Below, one piece after another: positions 24,800 through 37,535 of a stretch of DNA of 61,147 nt. The translations under genes were made by a program, and so were the position numbers. The notes below the pieces were generated by a model. The model was given only the letters and a program-made list of their open reading frames with translations. It was not told the DNA's origin and made no database searches. Positions within the stretch are counted from its first letter, which is position 1; the number at the start of each line of letters is the position of its first letter. This DNA comes from Atractiella rhizophila (lineage: Eukaryota). The stretch spans positions 37,295 to 98,441 of the forward strand of contig MU271307.1 in NCBI GenBank assembly GCA_021432655.1, given 5' to 3'.

Positions 24800-27700
24800 G
24801 CACGGTGTTCTAATGTAGGTCTCATCGGCTCTATTTCTTCCCTGTTCACGTTGCTTCTGGCTGATCTTCTTGTCCGGTATTGACCATTTGCCTATGTGCC
24901 ATCTTCCTCCCCTCACTTGTAGAAGGAGATTCATCTACGGCAACGATTCCTCTCATCAGATTTTCTCCATGCCTGACATATTTCCTCTCATGTCAACAAT
25001 GATATGGTCAGAGTAGGTGAAGCCATGGAAGAGTAGGAACTTGGTGAAGTGAGTGGTGTTATAGATTCTTGGGAGGTGCACTTGTTTGGAGATACTGTGA
25101 AGACTCCATGGTGGGAGGTTGTATGCTTCTATGGAGTGCTAACTGACATTTCAGTCACTTTCTACATCTAATCCCAGTTTGTGAACGACAACACAATCGC
25201 CAAACCATGGTCTAGGAACAATGGCCACAACTTCTTTGATATCTTCTACTGCAACCACAGCAAGAGAACTGTCTTCGGCAGGTTTGCAGCTAAGAAGAAC
25301 GGAGTGAATGTCGGCTGTTCGTATTCATGATACGGGTAAATGAGAGCCAAGTGGTGCGAGGTTGAGCTGCTGATACTTCCAGGAAGAAGTATACCTCACC
25401 ATATTGCATGTCAGTTTGACAGGCACCATGCAGAGAGAAGGTCCGTTGCAGATACATATGTTGCAACTGATGCAAACCTCATTCAGGGGCCGCTCAAGCT
25501 CCTTCCATCATGTGTGAGCTCTCTCATCGTTTGGGAGCTGTAGACGTGCCCATTTTGTGAACTTTCCATCCCATGCTAATGCATCCTCACCACGAATTTG
25601 CTATAGGAAAGTCAAAACAGCAGTCTTTTCCGGTCCATCAGAGCAAACTGATTTTGCTGAGGCATGCAAAAAAGCGTAAGAATTGCCTAAATCAAGAGCT
25701 CTAGCAGGCAGTGTTCGATTGGTGTGTTTCTTCATGAGAGTGGGATCGATTGACGGCAAAACCTGACATTGAACCTGCAGAACACATTGTCTTGAAAGAT
25801 TTTGGTAAGGTTTCGAAGGCTGTCGAATGCAAGATCCCAGAATACCAATCCTTGGTTCGAGTGTCCATTGCATGATATAAATAAAAGGTCGAACTCTTTG
25901 AGTTTGTGCAACCTGACGGAGGAATTTATGAAGAGAGATCCTATAGAAGTTAATGTCCCTCTGATCGTATAGCTCTTCAAACTCCTCTACAAACTCAATG
26001 ATGACTTGCTCAACAGAATTCAGCTCGCTTTGAGAGATCTGATGCTTTGAGAGGATTTGGACACAGTAAACAATCTTGAGGTAATGAAAAAAATATGGCC
26101 CAGGAATACATCCTTCCAGAAGACCGGGCCCAAGGCATAGAAATAGGTTTCCCTTTCTTTGGCTTTATAGTCAGAGTACTTGATATCAATGTTGCAAAGA
26201 AATTTGTCCCAGGATGAAGGAATATAAGTGCATGTGTTTGCAACCTCAATCCCATGCTGCTCCCATAATGGCCAAAGAAGAACTGCCCACGGCATTTGAT
26301 CTTCAAGAGGAATATAAATCGTGGCTGCTGCAGTTTGCCAACGCTTTTGCTTTTCAGTTCCACTCCGTTGCTTGTTGGAAGGGTAGATAAGCCCTCCCCA
26401 AAGACCCAGCATGAGTTCAGGGAAGTTGACATTCAGATTGTACATTCCATCAACCATAAAACAATATGTTGGACCATCTCCAAAGGTGGGGATTTCTGCG
26501 AAAGGAGAATCACGAGCAAAGCCATATTTTCTTTGAAGAGCAGCTGTTCTTATTCTGGCCAACCCGTCTGGCCACTTGGATCTCCTTAAGATGAGAGCGG
26601 TATTCTTCTGCTGTCTCGTAGGAAGGTTTTGAGGGTCATAATTCAGGTGTTCTGCTTCAGATTCTTGGTAATCAATTGGTCATAGAAGAGTAAACTAATA
26701 GATGCTACCACTAGGTAGATGCACTCCGATCACAGCTCAACCATTTATATGGCATCCATGACGACCGGTAGTTCCCATCTCGGTTGCACAAATGGTGTCA
26801 AAGAAACCAAGTGCAATAAATGGGTGTGATCGAAACCAGATATCAAATTCAGAATCATGCACTGGGAATCCTTTAGCAGAAAATTGTTTGACCCTTTGAA
26901 AGATTGGGTATAGACAAGAATTTTGATCCCAGGGCTTGTTTGGTCCCGGAATAATTGCGAGCTGAATGATAAACTGCTGTTTGTATCTACTTCAGGAGGA
27001 AGATTGAAGTCAATCATGATGATAAAGATGGCATCTGAACCTTCTTGTTATTGAAAACCTGAGCTCCATCAAGAGAAAAAGGGAGCACAGTATCGGAAGG
27101 CAAAATTCTCTTGTTATGAACAAGTTATAGGTAATCTGAACCACAATAAATGTCGTCCAGTACATCAGGAGATGTGCCCTCTTGTGGGTATTTCGTTAAA
27201 AGTTTCTTTGTGTGCCAAACCCGATGTTTTGAAGCAGATGCTCCATCTAGAGTAGCCCAGCATGCCTGCAGAGAGGCTTCAAAGAGAACAACAAAATACT
27301 GCTGGCTTGGAATCTTCTTCTTGCAACCATCTCCTTTGCCTCGATAAGGGGATTGATGACATTTTGGACACTCAGGCAAATTGGCTCACTCCTGAGTATA
27401 GGCAATACATGTGTTGGGACACATGTCGAAGGCTTCCGGCACAATATGGCTCTTCTCCGTGATGCAACGTTTTATTCTATCAAGAGAAAGTGTGCTTGTC
27501 TCACACCGTTCTTGAAGCCAGCTACGAAGATCGTCATATAAATCCCCAGCAGCATATCCATGGCAGATGAGGAAAAGTTCAAGAGATATAATTTGCTCAT
27601 ACGTTAATGGAGTATACTCGTGTTTCTCATCTTCGCTGACTTGGTGGGCCCGCACGTCTGATTCACAGAGTGTTGCCTGTTGGATAGAAATATGGTGGAG

Positions 27701-28450
27701 CTGCTCGTCAACTGCCAAAAGATTAGCAGCCAGCTCATCCACTGGTCTGGTTGAAGGTCAATGATAACTTCCAGATCTCCAGATTACCTGCACTAACATT
27801 CCTCCATCTCTCCACAACAGTTCTCATTTTCCTCATCTCCTGGACCCTCATCCAGCTCTTCGTCCTCTTCATCCTTATCCTCATCGTCCTCCTCATTATT
27901 TTCACTCAAATTATCTTTCGGTTAGTCTTTCCCTTATTCTCCCATAGTGAGATGAGCCCATACATTTCGTACCAGTCGCCGATATTCAAGCTGCTCAAGT
28001 TCATCCAGTATTGTTTGAATGGTGTCATCGGCAGGGGCTGCAACAGCAGGAAGGCTAGGAGGGGAAGTATAGTTAGCATTGTGAGAGGTGCCAACATCGC
28101 CTTGATTACCCTACCTTTATCGTCACCAAGTCTAGCTCGACTTTGTATGCAAAACAAGCACCTACAACTCCGCTTGATTGTTGCCTAAGGTCTCTTGCTC
28201 CTCCATATTGGCCCCTGTCTCCTCCTCAGAATGGATGTCAATGCCAGTTTCATACTCCATCCGCACCATCACCTGATCTGCTTCTCGATATGAGGCATAA
28301 TGGTCATACGAGCTTTTTGCAAGTTTTGCCCACTGTCCATTACAAAATTTGGAGCAATCAAACTCCCATACCCTCTTTCCACTCTCTTCCATTGCAGATT
28401 CACTGTGATAAGCAAGCGAAGGGCATACAGCTGGTCAAATTGTGATTCGA
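24800..28450 (-). pseudogene. CMC/EnSpm (CACTA-type, Transposase_21/Tnp2-like) transposase, decayed
   Basis: FDMCPNTCIAY, CPKCHQSPY, DDIYCGSDY, FSLDGAQVF, FNLPPEV, GPNKP, FMVDGM. Many stops and frameshifts; boundaries approximate. Confidence 0.8.
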
Positions 28451-28549
28451 AAATTTTATTTCATGTGTTTACCCCTAGCCATATTTACCACCACAAAGGC
28501 ATCCCTCATATATTATAGACCGGGAATAATCTAACACATCGTACTTTTA

Positions 28550-29470
28550 ATATGGCCACAAAGTGTCCTTACAACTTTGCAGATTCAGATTCAGACCTTG
28601 GTTTCATACACTGGTCTGATGGTGAAGATATAATGATGTTGAAGAGTTCAATTATGCATCTCATATGTAATTTCTCTCTATCTAACTACATGAATGGGTT
28701 CCCTAACTTCCTGTTGTTAGCATCCGAGATAGACCCCTATGAACACCTGACAGCAGTCCATCGTCCCAGCAGCATATCACAGCGTACACAACGGCGTGAC
28801 GTGTCTCAGACCCCCTCCTTTCGTCCTTCTATGCCACCTATAGTTCCACGAAGCCAAAATCCACCACCGGAACCTCCAGACCAAGATTTCCAGAGGATCT
28901 AAGATGCATACAATGGTGTTTTGATGCAGGCAGGTAACATCGCTTATCTCCTGTTGAAGAAAGAGGTGGAAAACTGAGAAGCCTTGATGAGTCTCTTCAG
29001 TATGTGTTTTGTTTTCATTTCGCCATGGATAACAAGAAACTGAATAATTTCCAGGTTGGCTGTCTGCAATCTTTCCTCAAACATTACGCCACAAAACAGA
29101 CCTCAGCCCGCTGCTCCCTTGCATACTCAGCCCAGTACTTCCCAACAGTTCATTATCCCTGATGAATATCAGAAGTACAGCCTCCTTCCTCCCTCCCAGA
29201 AGAGACCGCCTCACAGCATTCTGTTCACCTGTGCTGAATTCAAGAAATGGAGCAAGATGACAATGAGTATATGTTGTATTTAGTATGTAAGGAAACTACA
29301 TTACCTGCGAAGTGTGAGATGACAATGAGTATAAGTCCCACACTTGCAGGTTTACAAGCTTTTATAACAGAGAGATCCCTGTGGCAAAAGATTGGCCACA
29401 GTTCCAGAAAGTGCTCGAAGGAAACTAAACGTGCAAGTGTGCAAGTGGCAAAAGGAGGAGGCGCATGATT
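28550..29470 (+). pseudogene. Decayed intron-containing ORF divergent from the CMC transposase; probable accessory gene
   Basis: Proline-rich coding-like segments with GTATGT..CAG introns and in-frame stops, head-to-head with the transposase. Confidence 0.35.
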
Positions 29471-29882
29471 CTGTCAGATCCCACCCTTGCGAAGCAATCT
29501 GGCCATCACATCTGAGCTGATGGGACTTAATGGTGCATTCTGTCCACTCATGTCATTTCTGTCAGTCAGAGCTTCACGCTTGGGCTGATGGAATGCACCG
29601 TGCCCTGACCCTAACTCTGTTCCCCAGCCAAATTTGACTGATGGAACAGCTCTGTCGTGAAGGAATACGAGTGGGCCCTCCCAGACTTCAGAGGGAAGTT
29701 GGCTTTGTCACCTCTGCCTCCATCTGTACATGTGTTGGGCTCAAAAGGTCTTTATGACAACAAGCGAGCAACGATGATTGTGTCTGAGGAAATCACAACA
29801 ATACATCGCCTAAACAGCTCGATATCCTCCCTCAGCTTGTGGGGAGATGCATAAGAGCCCATCATGAGAATTTGAACTCTTA

Positions 29883-30193
29883 GAGGTAGTAACCTCTGCC
29901 TTCCAAGTCAATCTGCCTGACTGAGGACAAAGATCCTCATGACGGGAGCTTGCTGAGCGGCTGACAACCCCCTACACGGTTACGTCCTAACAAACCAAGA
30001 TAGGAAAGGGAGTTCCCTTGTACAGCTGGATCTCAGAGGCAAATCCATCACACAGAAGCTGATGGCTCGAAGGTAGCAACCTCTGCCTCGCAAGTCAATC
30101 TACGGCTCGAGTCATGAGCAGAGTCTGATGGAAAGCCCTCATATGCTTTTCAGCACCTCCTCTGTGTGGTTACATCTTAACAAACCAAGATAT
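29883..30193 (+). repeat. Diverged tandem duplication, period ~188 bp
   Basis: AGGTAG(T/C)AACCTCTGCCT..CAAGTCAATCT and GGTTAC.TC.TAACAAACCAAGATA each occur twice, about 188 bp apart. Confidence 0.7.
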
Positions 30194-30472
30194 GATAAAA
30201 AGCACCATGAGTATGAAAGAGGTATCCTGACCCCAAAAGACTTTGTGTAATCAAGATGCCCTTGTATTGCTCAAATTGTGAAGACATGATACGACCCACA
30301 TCGATGCAAACCTCAAGCTCATAATCAATCCCTTGAACTTTGATGCAAGACTAGACATATACACATGAAAGGCGGGCCTCAGAACACTTCTGAGATGTTA
30401 TGAGGCAGCCCTCGCCCCAAAGAAAGTTGAAGGAATCGATAGAACTCAGCCTCTCACAAGGCAGTGACAATA

Positions 30473-30702
30473 TCCTTATATAAAAAGCAAGACGGGTTTT
30501 TACCATGACTCACACATGTACTTTTGAGTTCTTATATCACCGCCCACAACAACCCTTTCAGAATTCTGAGTATACCACCAGAATACGCGTGTCGGCGCCT
30601 TTCGAACCATATGCAGCAAAGACTATTTGGAACACGAAAAAAAATATTTTCAAAACTGAGTCAGGTGACTTCTCCCCGAGGGACGAGGGGCCGCTCAGCT
30701 TG
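30473..30702 (+). mobile_element. Non-autonomous mini-Helitron, ~230 bp
   Basis: A|TCCTTATATAAAAAGCAAGACGGG start is homologous to the 23078 end over ~190 bp. It ends with an imperfect GC hairpin CCCCGAGGGACGAGGGG, a short spacer and CTTG|T (CTAG-like), between A and T. Confidence 0.7.
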
Positions 30703-32519
30703 TTGGTCAAATGAGATGAATCGCATGAATCACATTTATTTCTTAGCCTCTAACTCTATGAACTGACCCCAAGGCACCTTGTGGGACAATACAGAGTGCT
30801 TTTTGCAATAGTCAATAGCCTCTTTCTCCAGATCATGATCTGCAGAATCATCATACTGCCATCCCTCCTTCTCCCTCCTCCTGATGATCGCTCGGAACTG
30901 TCTAGGCGATAAATGGCAGTATATCTCTATAACTATGGATTAGGCGAAAATATGAAAGGAAATAGGATAGAGAACAAACCTATTGGGACCAAAGCACTAA
31001 AGAAAAAGTTCTCAGACCATGGCGTCGAGTATATATATGCCCTTCCGGTTGTTGAAAATTTGCTTGTTAAGAGGTTTCCAGTTTCAAGGTTAATTACACT
31101 CAACTTAACATTACTGAACTTATCGTTGGTGACAAGATCGTGTTGAAGAGGTTCAGCATTCATAAGTCACCAAATTGCAAAAGTGACCTAACCGCACCGT
31201 ATTCGAATAGAGCGCTTAGAGGGGTTACTTCGGCAGGTGAGTCCCCTCTTCCCTTTTGATGTTTCTTAGGATTACACAGGCGTTGGAACACCACCTCACT
31301 TTCACCATCCTGCCAGAACATAACGTCATAAACTCCTAGATCGTTCGTTCCCTCGCCATTTGTCCATCACGCTCGCCCTGACTTCGACGTTGTAGACTCC
31401 GCTAGACACCACACCTGCCCCAACTGGCGCTACTCATACGGCGACGACCTTGTCGTAGCGTGGGGGAAACGATATTTGTCGCCCGTCACAAAACGCTTGA
31501 ACATCGTTGTCCCCACTTCAACTTGAGGGACAAAGATGTGCACAGAGCCCTTTATGCCTGTGCATACAATGCTGCAGCATATGGATACGAAAAAAGGCCC
31601 TGGTGCCCTGTGTTCAGTAAGCACGAACTAGGATTTCGAGTTTGTCGACTCTCAGCAAATGTCTGGTTATTGACAACAAATGAATAGGTACGAGCTCGCC
31701 CTATTGATGCATGGCGCTTTTGGGCACGGGCTTCCTGGTTCTATGGGGAAGGTTCGGTAGCGTGCTCATTAACACTGTCATCGATCTGTTTGTCTTTCTT
31801 TCGGGTTTTTCCACGGGATCAAGAAGAACTAGGTTTTCTGCTTCGCATCCAGCATCCATCGTATCCTTCGGACATGACACTACTGCTGATTTTGCGCTCA
31901 CTGCGTTAGGCTTCTAAGCATGTCTCCATCAATTATGCTTCAAACCGGGTTGAAATAGGAGATAGGACACTCCTGCATTGTCTCCCAATGTTTCCACTCC
32001 CTTTCCAACAGGAAGTGGAGAACTTCGGACCAAGTTCCCTTTGATCAGCACTCGTGCTTGTTTTCCTCTCTCATGAGTTAATGGTCATCTTCTACAGCTA
32101 CTCAAATGATGTTCGCAAAATTCGCCTGCAGCAAATCAGTGTAAGTCAACCATGCACACATCATTTGGGGACTTACCTGCTTTCCTAATGACACAGGGGC
32201 ACCTCAGATCCGTCTAGTGCTTAATGACTCCCCTTTCCAGTTAGAAAACCGCGAAGAGCTCCTTTGGTAAGAAGTATGGCAGCTGCAGTCTTGAGCACTT
32301 TGTCGCCGCCAACAAATTCACCACGAATATCACTTGGGAGATTCTACTTGGAACAGCACTTGTGACGATCCAGGTTTCTAAGCCCTTGGGATGAACTGTT
32401 GGTTTCACAGATACTCGCAGAAATGCAGTCCACTCAATAGAGTGCCATATGATTGATTTCGAGGAATCAAAGAACGAGCAAGAGATTAGCGACAGTAACT
32501 AAATACGACTGAAGTGGTG

Positions 32520-34656
32520 TCAAAGATTGAATATAGAAGACAATGGCCCTGGGTTTCCATCGACAGAAAAAGCCCTCAAGGCAAAGCTTCCTGCCGTCTG
32601 CGTTTCTGTAAGATTCCACAACACCTTTCCCTCCGCAAGATTGTCCAGCATATTATCCGCAACGACAGTCCAGCAGCTACCTGGATAGGACTTTATTGTC
32701 GAAGTGCTGCTCGAAGCACGATCGGTCAGCTTAAGAAGCTGGTAGTCTTGTGCATAGGTGCTTCCCTGCCAAATCAAACCTGTGGTATTGTCCGCAGTGT
32801 TGAAAGACAAAATCGATGGGGCTTCAGGAACAGGATAGGCCCAAGGGCGGTCACCATTGATAGAGAAGGAATAGTCTCGCACGGAAGTAATGACGGCCTG
32901 CTCCTTCGGATCAAAGTTGGCGTCTCGTTCAGTCCATCCAGGTGCATGATAGCTGTTATCCCCTGAGCAAACTGACTGTCAGAAATTATAATTCCTCACC
33001 TCCAATCCTTGGCATCTTCGTTCTATACCACAATTGTCAACACGGAAATTATATATGGAAACAATCGCTTACGTGAACCACGAAGCCCCCTTTGACGGAG
33101 TGTTCACGCAGGGACCAAATTAGAGCACCGTCCGTATCGTTGCCCTGAACCCAGTCGAAAAATTCTGGATATTTGGCTCCAGCACTGAAGAATCCACTTT
33201 CTCCCACAATGAATGCCTTTTTGTATTGTTTCACATAGGCTGTATCGCGAGCCGTTCTCAAACGATCACCATCTACAGTCTATTGGCGCTTGCTTTATGT
33301 AGGAAAGGGAGACATACCACCGTAGTAGTGGAAGCTGATCGTCCATCAGCCCCCTTAGTAATCCGATGGTCAGTGAGTGGAGGACACTCACGAGAACCTG
33401 TGCCTGAATTAGCAAGTTGGACATGGAAGGCAAGAGCACTGAGACGAACATATCGACGGCCGGGCTTTCTAAAGCCTCGATGGCCCATCCGTTCTCTGTT
33501 GCATCCTGACGAGAGAACGTTCCATCAAGAACAAGTGTGTTGGGAGCCAGAGATTTGATGTGCTCAGCGATGGCTACAGTCCAGTTTCCAGGCACAATAC
33601 CCTTGGTGACATTCTGGTTATCTAAATTAATAAAATGGTCCATCAATCACATTGTACCTCGTACTCCGAGACGAAAACACAACTCACTGATTTCAGTAAG
33701 CTCGTTCCCCGTCTCCCATGCCATAACCGTGGCATCACTGCCGTATCGAATGCCATTGACGGAATTCTCTCTCTCCAAAAGCTGGCTCAGGAAAGTCTTG
33801 AAAGCATCGACCATTGTAGGATCGCTCCAGAAGTCGATACCGCTCGCAATCGTCTCGTTATATGAAGCGAAGCCATATCTCAACCTGATCATATCGTTCC
33901 AGTTTCCCGCCCAATTATTTCCCTCATTGTTGTAATTCTAAAGCATCACATGAACTGAACTGACTGAGCGTCAGAGAGAGAAAAGGCCCACAGCGTTAAC
34001 GAGAGGGATGAGGAGGCGGACACCACGTTCTCTCGCAGTGGAAAGCACTAGGTCGGTTGTTTCGAAGACCGTGGGGTTGAAGATCCAGGAGTTGGTGGCA
34101 TTGTCCCATCCTTGTATATGAGCGCTATATAAACCTAGCTCAAGTCTCAATCTGTTTGCCAAAATTGAAAGCGCACTCCTTCGCTTGAACATTGACGCTC
34201 GCAATGGAAATAACATAAGGACGAGTGACTGGGGAACCAAAGCTCGCAAAACTACAATGAGAAGTCAATACTAATCAATGACGCAAAATAGTCAGAGATC
34301 TGTTACGTCTTTAAGGCGTCCTCAATTTGGAACTTGTTACTCTTGAAGAGGTTGGGTTCAGCAAGCGAAATGAATCTGAACGGCTTCCCATCCAATGTCA
34401 ACCCTCCATTCTCGTCGATGGTAATAAAGGCGTCGCGGTTGATGTTCGTTGAGAATTTGTTCGCCTTCATCGAAGGTCGAAGCCGTGGATCCAAGATGTT
34501 GGGTGCACAAAAGTCGATAGTGTGGCTCAGTAGACCGCGAGTGTTCAAAGAGTGGGTGTGGGCGTGTCGCGGGTGCAGATGCCATCTGTTGCTGGAGGAG
34601 GCAGAAACGGCTGACAGAAGAGAAAGAAATTGAAGGACTGCAATAGGTACCTTCAT
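32520..34656 (-). CDS. Secreted glycoside hydrolase family 5, beta-mannanase-like, with a C-terminal beta-rich domain
   Basis: Signal peptide MKVPIAVLQFLSLLSAVSA; LTLDGKPFRF; GVRLLIPLVN; NGIRYGSDATVMAWETGNEL (acid/base Glu); HIKSLAPNTLVLDG; FHYYG; FIVGESG (nucleophile); GALIWSLR. Confidence 0.9.
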
Positions 34657-35253
34657 GTTTGCGCAGCGATTGAGTGAATTTGAGAAGGAGAAATTAAGGA
34701 AGATGCCTCTCCAAAGCACGCCTACACCTCTTATATACATTGCGTCGGTTCCGTCGAGCTAGAAATTGCAGCTCGGGATCTACAGCCAAAAGAACAGGGG
34801 AAGCTGAGTGAGAGAGTCCTGCCATCCAGCCCGAACCACGTAAGCTCATTAAAGGGTACGGATTGTTTCCTCCTCCCGTCGCCCCAAGGGTTTTGCGAAT
34901 GCGGCCTTGGACCAGTTTTAACCCGACGATCTCCAACCCCTCGGCTGCAACAGGACATTCTGCTGATGGATATGAGATGGAAATGGAGAAAACGGAATTA
35001 CATTGAAAAGTTATGTTGGGTTATGGTCTATTTTAATCGCGTAAAGTCCATCAACAATCGTATTGTTCTCAATGTCTGTAATGCGATAACTGTGATGGAA
35101 AATTCGAAAAATTAAAATATTCCCCGAGAGTTCGAATTCATTCAAATTCGTGATTCATTCATTCGGAAAGAAACGCCTGGCAGCATGTTACAGAGTGCGT
35201 GATTCCTCATTTCGTTCACCGAGTATCGCAATCGCAATCGTCAACCCCGTACC

Positions 35254-36442
35254 AGGACCCCGGAACATCCGCTCAGAGGTCAGACATATTTGTCCAATTT
35301 GAGTCAAAATTTGGTGGAGCATAGATTTTTATGTGTCTTGTGAGACTCTACTGCAAAAAGCGAGTTCCTTTAGCTCAATTAGAGCGAGAACTAGGATGCT
35401 CAATCAATGAATGAGAGCTTAAACGAAAAGGAGAGACAGGAACCAGCTTATGCTAGCCACACTGAAGTGTAGGGCCGCTTATCAAGCTATTTGGTCTCAG
35501 AAATAAGACAGTGGATCTTACAGGGGCGCTTCTACGACCCTGGGAACTTACCTCGATTCTTACCGCACTTTCTGCTATGAGTGCGAAGTAAGATGATGAG
35601 GAATAAGATGAATTTACATTAACAAGTGGGCCTCTTTTATAGGCCAATGAATCGGATAAAAGATCAAACAACATCGTGGGAAAACCCGTAATACATAAGT
35701 AGATAGAAATATAGAATAATCTGAAAGCATGGAACGAAGAGGAAGCTGAAGGGAATCAAACGAGGCTCACCAGGGAATCGACGGATCTTGCCTTCCAGCT
35801 TCTGGATAAGGCTAAGATACCATGCGGTTATCTTCCCTTCTTCTCCCGACCGATTGTACGCGCTTGGAGCCGACAGGAGAGGTGTAGAGAGACGGGGGAG
35901 TTGTGAGGTATACAGTGGTCAATGTCACTTCCAAGTTAGGCAGGAGCCGCTTCCAGAATAGGAAGGTATTGCCCCATGTGAGCGGATTGACCATTGTATC
36001 TCACATGTCTAAAATGCGACATTCCGGCTCCTGAGCTCAGATTTGACCGAGTCCAAGGTGGGCCTTCTTGAGCAGGTCAGAATATCAAATGTCCACATTG
36101 GACCAAGCTTTTTCTAAATTGCTGGCTGACCGGGGGGGGGGGCTCGACTACTTTGCGAAGGCAGTAGCGCTGCTGGAGCTTCACCGAGGGGCTAGTCGCC
36201 CAGAGGGTGGTTAATGCATCATGCACTGCGAAGGAAGGCTAATGCAGGGTTGTAGATTCAAAACTTCCAGCTTTTAACCTGCTCAAACCGACCTTAAGGT
36301 TAGATTTATTTGAGTCCAAAATGGACCTCAAGATAGAGGCAGGATCAAATAATGTCCAATTTAGAGCAAAATCTTTGTGTCCAAAATGGGTCCAAAACAA
36401 GGAAATTTTAATCTAACCTCTGTGCGGATATTTCGGCGTCCT
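35254..36442. mobile_element. Putative non-autonomous TIR element, ~1.2 kb
   Basis: Imperfect ~30-bp inverted repeats AGGACCCCGGAACATCCGCTCAGAGGTCAGA versus (reverse complement) AGGACGCCGAAATATCCGCACAGAGGTTAGA, and subterminal GTCCAA repeats. No convincing TSD. Confidence 0.6.
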
Positions 36443-37535
36443 CCCGCCACACCCAATGCACTTTCATTTGGGAAGCCCGGAGATCATTGAATCGCATAAA
36501 GACTTCCGATCCGCAGAAACTTAACGTAAAGGCGACTCTTAATGCCTATGCTCAGCTTTGTGCTCTTATTGTTTCTGTTCCAATTAGTTGGTTTTCCTTT
36601 GGGCGGCGGCGGAAGACGACAGGACCAAGAGAGTAGCCGCGCAAATCTATCGCTGTTGCTATCCTTGGTTTCGATACCCCACAGCGGTTCTGCTTTCGGC
36701 GGCTTCTTTTCCCCCTTGGCTCTTTGGGGGATGGATGAACCACATAACCGTTACCGTCACCACAACATCTCATGTATCTTCAAACCCGCACCTGCTTGCC
36801 GCATATGACAGAAAGCTGTGGTTGGGGAGTTCGGATGGATCTCATGGGAGTGGGGGTGACTGTCAAGCCAAGTTAACTCGGGCGGCTTTCCTCTTATCAG
36901 GGCACATCTACGCCGCTTCTAAAGATGAACGTCAACGTTATGGGAATACGGATCTTGGTGTCTTCTGTGGCGGCAAAGTTGAATGGGTAGTATTACTGAA
37001 AGCCTTAAGCCAGCCGCTGGACTTCCATCGAATATCTCTGAAAATAAGCAAAGTCATTTGGATGCCGCGCCGTGCATCTCAATTCAGGGCGCAGTTTATT
37101 TCAATTGCCATTTCAAAGATGTCTGCGGACTCTTATGCGTTATGCAAATTGCTTGAGGTCAAAATAGTCGAAGTTATGTTGAGTCAATTCTTACTTTAGG
37201 CGGTTCGATTTGCCGCTCGGTCTCGCAACGATCACTCCATTTTGAAGGTTATTGCAGATATTACAGTTGAAAGGGATTGAATGGAGATAAGTAGTGAGCG
37301 CTACAAGCTTCGACCGCGATGATGCTTACGAGCTTACGACGTGAAGGAGTTATTTCTCACACGCTCACTTAAAACGGCGCACCTCATGAAACTTTTTCTG
37401 CTCCAACGTTTTCAAACTCAGCTTCGCTCTAAGAGTAGTGACGACGACACGCACCAACGCGCTTCCCTTTGTTGCCAGTTCCCTGGAAAAACCGTCTCCG
37501 GCTCCTCCTACACAATCTCTCACTTCTCAAGCATA

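Noticed and set aside
22865..30670. ~200-bp inverted repeat pair (22865-23078 / 30473-30670) read as the TIRs of one 7.8-kb element
   Set aside because: The sharp A|TC boundaries are on the inner sides, which fits two oppositely oriented Helitron 5' ends. There is no outer TSD.
31300..32450. Coding-like minus-strand segments downstream of GH5
   Set aside because: Stops in all frames and no recognisable motif.
36542..37199. ORF 36588-37199 (203 aa)
   Set aside because: No recognisable domain or coherent composition; likely promoter or UTR sequence of the transcription factor.
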